Source: Chthonomonadales bacterium (GTDB lineage: Bacteria; Armatimonadota; Chthonomonadetes; Chthonomonadales; Chthonomonadaceae). From it: DNA of 14,872 nt. The stretch is taken from NCBI GenBank assembly GCA_038217285.1, contig JBBQPO010000154.1:1-14872 (forward strand), in the 5' to 3' direction. The notes beneath the pieces are model-generated. The model was not told the DNA's origin. It ran no database searches and saw only the letters and a program-made list of their open reading frames with translations. Of this stretch, positions 9,109-14,872 are shown one piece after another (the stretch's first letter is position 1; the number at the start of each line of letters is the position of its first letter). A program made the translations under genes and the position numbers.

Positions 9109-9157
9109 ATTATGGGCCGCGAGGCGAGGGGAAATATCCGCTGAATGGCCGATTGTG
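9109..9157 (-). promoter_or_regulatory. Conserved operator copy 1 plus -10 box (leftward promoter)
   Basis: Minus strand CACAATCGGCCATTCAGCGGAT (9157-9136), 21-nt spacer, CATAAT (9114-9109). Confidence 0.7.
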
Positions 9158-9186
9158 CTCCGGGCCCTCTGTTGTTTCCGCTTAAA

Positions 9187-9235
9187 CACAATCCGCCATA
9201 GTGCGGATAGCTTTGTTCCTCAGACCTGACATACT
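9187..9235 (+). promoter_or_regulatory. Conserved operator copy 2 plus extended -10 (ATPase promoter)
   Basis: CACAATCCGCCATAGTGCGGAT (9187-9208), 21-nt spacer, CATACT (9230-9235) with TG at 9227-9228. Confidence 0.7.
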
Positions 9236-9300
9236 CGACATGACACTACAAGGGGGCAGCCTGGGCGGGAAGTTACCCTCTCTTCGGAAAGGACGCAAGA

Positions 9301-11214
9301 ATGTCTCTTGAGATCGCGAAAATGCCTGCGCCAAGTACGCCTGTGAAAATCAGCAGCCCCCCTCCGAACCGTTTACAGGGGGGGATCGCCGCGCTCGCCC
9401 TGCTCGGAATCGCCCTGCACCTGATCGTACGCTTTGGCTTTCCTGGCCTGTCAGGAACAGGAGGGTTCTCGCTGCGTGATCTCCCGCTGCTGGTTGTCCT
9501 GGTACTGGGCGGCACCCCCCTCGTGATCGGCTTGCTGAGGAAACTGGCCCGCAAAGAGTTCGGTTCCGACCTGCTGGCTGGCATCTCGATTGTGACTTCG
9601 GTTCTGCTGCACGAGTATCTGGCCGGGGCACTGGTCGTGCTGATGCTCTCGGGCGGCGAAGCGCTGGAAGCCTATGCCACGCGCAGCGCCTCCTCGGTTC
9701 TGCAGGCGCTGGCAAAGCGGATGCCCACGTTGGCACAACGCAAGGAAGGTGAAAACCTGATCGAGGTTCCCCTGGAGGACGTGAAGATCGGAGATGTGCT
9801 GGTGGTGTTTCCCCATGCCCTATGCCCCGTAGATGGAACTGTCACGGAGGGACACGGCACCATGGACGAATCCTATCTGACCGGAGAGCCGTACCAGGTG
9901 TCCAAAGCGCCGGGAATCGCGGTTCTGTCGGGCGCGATCAATGGGGATGCGGTGATTACGATCCGCTGCGACAGGCCGGCCCACGATTCGCGCTATGCCA
10001 AAATCATGCAGGTGATGCGCGACTCGGAGCAGCAGCGTCCTCATCTGCGACGCCTGGGAGACCAGTTGGGCGCGTGGTATACGCCGATTGCCGTCGGAAT
10101 CGCGGTCGTCGCGTGGGCGCTGGCAGGCGATCCGCACCGTTTCCTGGCGGTAATGGTGGTCGCGACTCCGTGTCCGCTTCTGATCGCGATCCCCGTCGCC
10201 ATCATCGGCTCCATCTCCCTGGCCGCCCGGCTGGGCATCATCATCAAAGATCCATCGGTGCTGGAGAAGATCAGTACGTGTCGTGTCGCCATCTTCGACA
10301 AGACTGGCACCCTCACCTATGGCAGGCCGAAGCTGACCGAAATTCTGCTCGCGGACGGCTTCGAGAGGAACGAAATGCTTGCGCTCGTCGCCGGCCTGGA
10401 GCGCTATTCCAAACATCCGCTCTCCGGAGCGATACTGGAGGCCGCCACCAAGGCAGGCGTCTCTTTACAGGATGCCGCCGAAGCGCGGGAACTGCCGGGA
10501 GATGGGGTGCGCGGGACGATCGGCGGGCGCACCATTCATGTGACGGGTCGGGGGAAAATGGCGCAGCTCTATCCGGATCTTGTCGGCTCTCTCCCCGCTG
10601 TTTCGGCAGGCATGGAGTGCGTCATCATCGTGAATGGAAAGTACGCCGCCACGTTTCGTTTCCGAGACGAACCGCGCCCCGAGGGCGCGCACTTCATCCA
10701 GCACCTGAGTCCGAAACACCATGTGCAGCGCGTGATGCTCGTCTCGGGAGACCGCGAAGCGGAAGTCTCCTACCTGGCAGAGCGTGTCGGCATCACCGAA
10801 GTGTTTGCCAGTCAGAGTCCAGAGCAGAAGCTGGCTCTGGTGCGCGCCGAGACTGTGAAAGCGCCGACGGTATTCCTGGGCGACGGCATCAACGATGCGC
10901 CCGCTCTGACGGCAGCAACGGTGGGGATCGCCTTCGGCAACGGTGAGATCACCAGCGAGGCGGCCGATGCCGTCATTCTGGACAGTTCCCTGGGGAAGGT
11001 GGACGTGCTTTTTCATATCGGACGACGGATGCGAACCATCGCGCTGCAGAGCGCCGTCGGAGGAATGGCCTTGAGCGGAGTGGGGATGCTGCTGGCCGCG
11101 ACGGGCCATCTCACGCCGGTCGCGGGCGCTGTCGGGCAGGAGATCATCGATGTCCTTGCGGTGCTGAACGCGCTGCGCGCGGCGATCCCACCGAAAGCGC
11201 TTTCAGACTACTGA
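9301..11214 (+). CDS. Heavy-metal P1B-type ATPase, P1B-5-like
   Basis: 'LTGEP', 'ATPCPL', 'FDKTGTLT' phosphorylation site, 'SKHPL', '[10 protein letters not shown]' and 'QEIID' in the last TM; no N- or C-terminal metal-binding domain. Start 9301 or 9322. Confidence 0.93.
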   Translation: MSLEIAKMPAPSTPVKISSPPPNRLQGGIAALALLGIALHLIVRFGFPGLSGTGGFSLRDLPLLVVLVLGGTPLVIGLLRKLARKEFGSDLLAGISIVTSVLLHEYLAGALVVLMLSGGEALEAYATRSASSVLQALAKRMPTLAQRKEGENLIEVPLEDVKIGDVLVVFPHALCPVDGTVTEGHGTMDESYLTGEPYQVSKAPGIAVLSGAINGDAVITIRCDRPAHDSRYAKIMQVMRDSEQQRPHLRRLGDQLGAWYTPIAVGIAVVAWALAGDPHRFLAVMVVATPCPLLIAIPVAIIGSISLAARLGIIIKDPSVLEKISTCRVAIFDKTGTLTYGRPKLTEILLADGFERNEMLALVAGLERYSKHPLSGAILEAATKAGVSLQDAAEARELPGDGVRGTIGGRTIHVTGRGKMAQLYPDLVGSLPAVSAGMECVIIVNGKYAATFRFRDEPRPEGAHFIQHLSPKHHVQRVMLVSGDREAEVSYLAERVGITEVFASQSPEQKLALVRAETVKAPTVFLGDGINDAPALTAATVGIAFGNGEITSEAADAVILDSSLGKVDVLFHIGRRMRTIALQSAVGGMALSGVGMLLAATGHLTPVAGAVGQEIIDVLAVLNALRAAIPPKALSDY

Positions 11215-11246
11215 CGAAGACATCCCCGACGGTGCACCTGCCTTCC

Positions 11247-11296
11247 CACAATCCGCCATTTCGCGGATCTGCACGCCCTCTCTCCCGCGCTATCAT
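11247..11296 (+). promoter_or_regulatory. Conserved operator copy 3 plus -10 box (USP-ADH promoter)
   Basis: CACAATCCGCCATTTCGCGGAT (11247-11268), 22-nt spacer, TATCAT (11291-11296). Confidence 0.7.
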
Positions 11297-11347
11297 AGGA
11301 GTACGAATGGAGTTGCGATTCTGAGAAACCGTGATGGGAGGAAAACG

Positions 11348-12235
11348 ATGTTCAAAACTATTCTTGTCTGTTCCGATGGTTCGGATTCGGCGCTGAAGGC
11401 GGCTCGGACCGCCGCCCGCATCGCCTGCGAGTCCGGTTCCAAGTTGATTCTGCTCAATGTTTTCGATGATAGTATCTCCTCCCTGCCCTATCTCGGGGTA
11501 TGGGAACTGGGAATCCCAAAGGAAGATTTCGTGCAGTACGCTTCGCGGGTTCAGCAGCATGCCGAGGCGCGAACAGCCGCCGTTTTTGCAGAGGCCAACG
11601 TGCCGTTCCTGCCGCTGCGGGAGATTGGAAACCCGGTCGAGATCATCCTGAGCGTGGCCGAACGCAGAAACGCCGACCTGATCGTGATGGGCAGCCGCGG
11701 ACTGGGCGGCTTCAAGAGCCTGACGCTGGGCAGCGTCTCCGACGGGGTCGCGCATCATGCCTCCTGCCCGGTCCTGATCGAGCGGGGAAACACCACCGCG
11801 TTCCGTCGAATCCTGCTCGCTTCGGATGGTTCCACGGAGGCGCAGCAAGCCTCCTCTGCCGCCTTTGCGCTGGCGAAGTGGTTTGGCGCCGAACTCACCG
11901 TTCTGAATGTGTTCGAGCCCTTCGGCCCGGTCGCAGCGGTCGACTACCAGCCCGATTCTGCGGCAGCCTTCGCAGAGCAGTCTGATAGAGAGAAAACGTA
12001 TCGGGCGGTCGAGGAGAGTCTGAAGCCTGCGGAAAAGGAGACCGGGATTCCCTACTTTATGCACCAGGAGAGAGGGCATCCGGCGAAAGCCATCACCGAC
12101 TATGCCGACCTCGGTAAGTTCGATCTCGTTGTCCTCGGCAATCGCGGGCTGGGGGGGTTCGACCGACTGCTGCTGGGCAGCGTCTCGGATGCCGTGCTGC
12201 ATCATGCCAACAGTCTGGTGATGATCGTCCGCTGA
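11348..12235 (+). CDS. Universal stress protein, tandem two-domain (295 aa)
   Basis: GGGAGG RBS; MFKTILVCSDGS; 'MGSRGLGGFKSLTLGSVS' and 'LGNRGLGGFDRLLLGSVS'. Confidence 0.94.
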   Translation: MFKTILVCSDGSDSALKAARTAARIACESGSKLILLNVFDDSISSLPYLGVWELGIPKEDFVQYASRVQQHAEARTAAVFAEANVPFLPLREIGNPVEIILSVAERRNADLIVMGSRGLGGFKSLTLGSVSDGVAHHASCPVLIERGNTTAFRRILLASDGSTEAQQASSAAFALAKWFGAELTVLNVFEPFGPVAAVDYQPDSAAAFAEQSDREKTYRAVEESLKPAEKETGIPYFMHQERGHPAKAITDYADLGKFDLVVLGNRGLGGFDRLLLGSVSDAVLHHANSLVMIVR

Positions 12236-12273
12236 CCGGCGCACAGGCAGCAACAAGAAAGAAAGAAAGAACC

Positions 12274-13338
12274 ATGGAGACGATGCGCGCCAACGTATTT
12301 CGCGGCGTAAACCAGATCGGTATCGAGGAGGTTCCCAAACCTCATGCGGGTGTCGGAGAAGCGGTCATCCGGATCACCCTGACCACGATCTGTGGCACCG
12401 ACCTGCATATCGTGCGAGGGGAGTACCCGGTCAAACCTGGGCTGATCATCGGTCATGAGCCGGTCGGCGTGATTGAAGAGTTGGGACCGGGCGTCACGGG
12501 GTATGCGGTCGGCGACCGAGTCCTGGTCGGGGCGATCACACCCTGCGGCCAGTGTCACGGTTGCCTCTCCGGACACCTCTCCCAGTGCGGGCATGGCGAC
12601 GGTTATGAAGCGATGGGCGGCTGGCGCTTCGGCAACACGATCCACGGCGCGCAGGCCGAATATCTGCTGGTTCCCTCTGCGCAGGCGAATCTGACGAAAA
12701 TACCCGAGGGCGTCAGCGACGAGCAGGTGGTTCTTCTGGCGGACATCGCCTCCACAGGGTTTAGCGGGGCCGAATCGGGCGGTGTACGGATAGGAGACGC
12801 TGTCGTTGTGTTTGCGCAGGGACCGATCGGCCTGTGCGCGACCGCCGGCGCGAAGCTGATGGGCGCGGCCCTCATCATCGCCGTAGACTGCGACGAGAAC
12901 CGACTGGCGCTGGCGAAGCGCATGGGCGCCGACATCGTCCTCAACTACCAGGCGCAGGACGTCGTAGCCGAAGTGAAGCGCTTGACGGGCGGCGGGGCGG
13001 ATGTGACGATCGAGGCGCTGGGTACGCAGGAGACCTTCGAGAACGCGCTGCGCTGCCTGCGGCCCGGCGGCACGCTCTCCAGTCTGGGCGTCTACTCCGG
13101 CAAACTTCAGGTTCCCTACGATGCGTTCGCCGCCGGGTTGGGCGACTATCGCATCGTCACCACGCTCTGTCCGGGCGGCAAGGAGCGGATGCGTCGTCTC
13201 ATCGAGACGGTTCGGCATGGGCGCGTCGATCTGACCCCCCTGCTGACGCACTGCTTCGCGCTCGACGACATCACCGAAGCCTACGGGCTGTTCGGCGAGC
13301 GGCGCGATAACGTCGTCAAAGTGATGATTCGGCCCTGA
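12274..13338 (+). CDS. Zinc-dependent alcohol dehydrogenase (MDR superfamily)
   Basis: Catalytic Zn ligands 'ICGTDLH' and 'GHEPVG'; structural Zn site 'CGQCHGCLSGHLSQC'; Rossmann motif 'FAQGPIG...AVD'. Confidence 0.93.
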   Translation: METMRANVFRGVNQIGIEEVPKPHAGVGEAVIRITLTTICGTDLHIVRGEYPVKPGLIIGHEPVGVIEELGPGVTGYAVGDRVLVGAITPCGQCHGCLSGHLSQCGHGDGYEAMGGWRFGNTIHGAQAEYLLVPSAQANLTKIPEGVSDEQVVLLADIASTGFSGAESGGVRIGDAVVVFAQGPIGLCATAGAKLMGAALIIAVDCDENRLALAKRMGADIVLNYQAQDVVAEVKRLTGGGADVTIEALGTQETFENALRCLRPGGTLSSLGVYSGKLQVPYDAFAAGLGDYRIVTTLCPGGKERMRRLIETVRHGRVDLTPLLTHCFALDDITEAYGLFGERRDNVVKVMIRP

Positions 13339-13665
13339 TTTTCGGCCGCTCTTCTCCCCATAACGGGGCGCGCGACGCGTAGTCATGCGCGATCTCGTGG
13401 CCGACGCCGCCGAAATCCTCGGCAATTTCCGTCGCCCGTTGCAGGGCCGCTTCGACGTGCGGCAGGATGTTTTTCTCCCCGATATGCGCCACGAAATCGG
13501 ACTGCGCCAGCAGCTTCGCGGGCTGATTGCGCGCCCCGCAGAGCAGCAGCGTTTTGCCTGCCTTCGTCAGACGATCAGAGAAGACTTCCAGCGCATGCAG
13601 GCCGGTCGCATTGATCGCCGTCATACGGTCGTCGTCTCCGCGACACGGTAGATATACAGGAACAG
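13316..13665 (-). pseudogene. SulP-family anion transporter remnant (end of last TM plus partial STAS domain)
   Basis: 13624-13316 gives 'MTAINATGLHALE...KTLLLCG...QP...IGEKNILPHVEAAL', the second half of a STAS domain. In another frame 13665-13624 gives 'LFLYIYRVAETTTV', resembling the last-TM/linker junction. The TM core is absent. Confidence 0.75.
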
Positions 13666-13855
13666 GCCGTCCGCAAGCTTCCTATAGTTCTGCGAAACCG
13701 GACGGTTCCCGTGGCGGTCAACACTGTACAAAGAACCTTCGATTCAGGGTTGCCGGATCGGGCGGAGAATCACGCCGAAGAATGGAATCCGGTAGGGCTG
13801 AGACGACGTTCATTCTTCATGATCCGATGTCCGGATTTCCAGAAAGGAACTCGCG

Positions 13856-14764
13856 ATGACCCGCCTCACGCTCTCGATCCTCCTTCTCACCCTGATTGCG
13901 ACCGGCTGCAATAGGGCCTCGGCAGCAGAACTCAAAGTTACAGAGTTTGCTGAAACCAAATCAGTCACAGAGCCCAATGGTGCAGAAACACAACCCAAAG
14001 TTGCAGATTCCGCAGAAACCAAATATGTGGCCTTCCAAGTCCAGACCGGCCTCTATGGGTATGCGAGCCAATATCACCCGTTGCCAGGCCATTTTGCGCT
14101 CAGCAAGGCGCAGATGGAGGAGTTTGTTCACTCGGTGGTCAAGGCGATCGGAATGACGGGAGACGCCCGGAACAAACTGGCTTTCGCCGTGGGGCCACTC
14201 TGTTTCGACATGTCTGACGAGGAGACGCGCCAGTTCATTCACGATTCTTTTGCGGTCGCCCGGGAAAACGATGTGGCCGTGGCTTTTCACATCGATGATT
14301 CTATGTCCTGGGGAGAACGCAAGGATCTGATGTCCAATCCTGACAACATCGAGACCGCAGACTGGAAACAGCTACCCAACACGGGCCGGCGCGCGGATTG
14401 GGGTCCCAAACCCACCAGATTTCCGCCCCAGATGTGTTTCAACAGTCCCGCAATTCAGGCCGCCGTCAAAGCAAGGGCCTCCCTCATCGGCGCGGAAGTG
14501 AAAAAGGAGCGGGACGTTCTCAAGACCTCCGGCAAGGATCATCTCTTTGCCGGCCTCATCGCCGGATGGGAGACCCAGATGGGCCGCGATTTTGACACGG
14601 ATCGTTCCCTGGGCTATCGAGCTCTCAGCCATCGTGGATTCAGCGAAAGCAACCCTCCCAAGGATCTCGACCTCGAACGGGTCCAGGTCGTCAAGGAGTG
14701 GATGGAACTTTGGGCCAATTCTCTTCACGCGGGTTACTACACAGGGGGATCCATACATGGATAG
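13856..14764 (+). pseudogene. Hypothetical lipoprotein, probably 3'-truncated by IS insertion near 14733
   Basis: AAAGGA RBS; signal peptide with lipobox-like 'LTLIATGC'. The last codons (YYTGGSIHG*) are read through the end of the IS66-like element. Confidence 0.65.
13933..14024 (+). repeat. Imperfect 29-nt direct repeat in the lipoprotein N-terminal linker
   Basis: CAAAGTTACAGAGTTTGCTGAAACCAAAT (13933-13961) vs CAAAGTTGCAGATTCCGCAGAAACCAAAT (13996-14024): 24/29 identical, 63 nt apart (KVTEFAETK / KVADSAETK). Confidence 0.7.
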
Positions 14765-14872
14765 ATGGGGTTCCCCATAAATACTGACCGAAGAGCGCTC
14801 AAAATGCTGATCCCTTGCTTGCGCAGGGTGGAGATATAACCGCGTATCCGGCAGAAATGATCGGCACCGTCG
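14733..14872 (-). mobile_element. Right end of an IS66-family (ISBst12-group-like) insertion sequence, continuing beyond the window
   Basis: Transposase C-terminus followed at once by a terminal sequence reading GTTACTACACAGG on + from 14733, similar to GTAA-initiated IS66 inverted repeats (one mismatch in GTAA). Confidence 0.75.
14737..14871 (-). CDS. IS66-family transposase, C-terminal 44 aa (partial)
   Basis: DGADHFCRIRGYISTLRKQGISILSALRSVFMGNPIYPCMDPPV*; 'GAxxFCRIRGYISTLRKQG' matches the C-terminal motif I recognise from single-ORF IS66 transposases. Not in the ORF track. Confidence 0.82.
   Translation of the reverse strand, partial: DGADHFCRIRGYISTLRKQGISILSALRSVFMGNPIYPCMDPPV

Noticed and set aside
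4423-9189. ORF-track starts at 4423, 7009, 8311, 8966 and 9189
   Set aside because: Longest-ORF artefacts; RBS positions and paralogue N-termini favour 4534, 7114, 8221, 8834 and 9078.
9136-9208. Inverted motif pair as MITE ends or CRISPR repeats
   Set aside because: No evident target duplication or regular spacer array; a third isolated copy 2 kb away keeps the same spacing to a -10 box, which fits an operator better.
9225-9300. Possible yybP-ykoY or NiCo metal riboswitch ahead of the ATPase
   Set aside because: Only fragmentary resemblance (AAGGGGGCAGC, CATACTCG) in the wrong order, and the predicted UTR of about 60 nt is too short.
11297-11324. AGGAG followed by the mini-ORF MELRF*
   Set aside because: Five codons only, and the SD lies upstream of the predicted TSS; probably chance.
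12811-12831. ADH nucleotide-binding motif FAQGPIG instead of GxGxxG
   Set aside because: A variant I recognise as common in this MDR subgroup; not evidence of inactivation or novelty.
7130-13425. ORFs 7130-8287(+), 8421-9080(+), 9822-10946(+), 11144-12256(-), 12202-13425(-)
   Set aside because: Antisense or off-frame shadows of the USP, ATPase and ADH genes.
13822-13836. Palindrome ATCCG-ATGTC-CGGAT upstream of the lipoprotein
   Set aside because: Spacing differs from the ATCCGC-N6-GCGGAT core and the CACA flank is missing; not counted as the same operator.

Overview
GC-rich bacterial window with two modules and a decayed right end. (1) 1-6917 (+) is a probable sulfur/redox operon: RND periplasmic adaptor (5'-partial), AcrB-family permease, DUF302 protein, an unannotated small membrane ORF with an in-frame UGA followed by a SECIS-like hairpin (candidate selenoprotein), and a CoA-disulfide reductase-rhodanese fusion. 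(2) 7114-13338 is a stress cluster: a small Cys-rich protein behind a structured leader, three universal stress protein genes, a 69-aa YjzC-like protein, a P1B-5-type ATPase and a Zn-dependent alcohol dehydrogenase. Three putative promoters here share a 22-bp motif (CACAATCSGCCAT-N3-GCGGAT) 21-22 nt upstream of -10-like hexamers, suggesting one activator controls them. (3) The right end holds a deleted SulP remnant and a lipoprotein gene apparently interrupted by an IS66-family element. All calls come from reading the sequence; no searches or folding programs were run.
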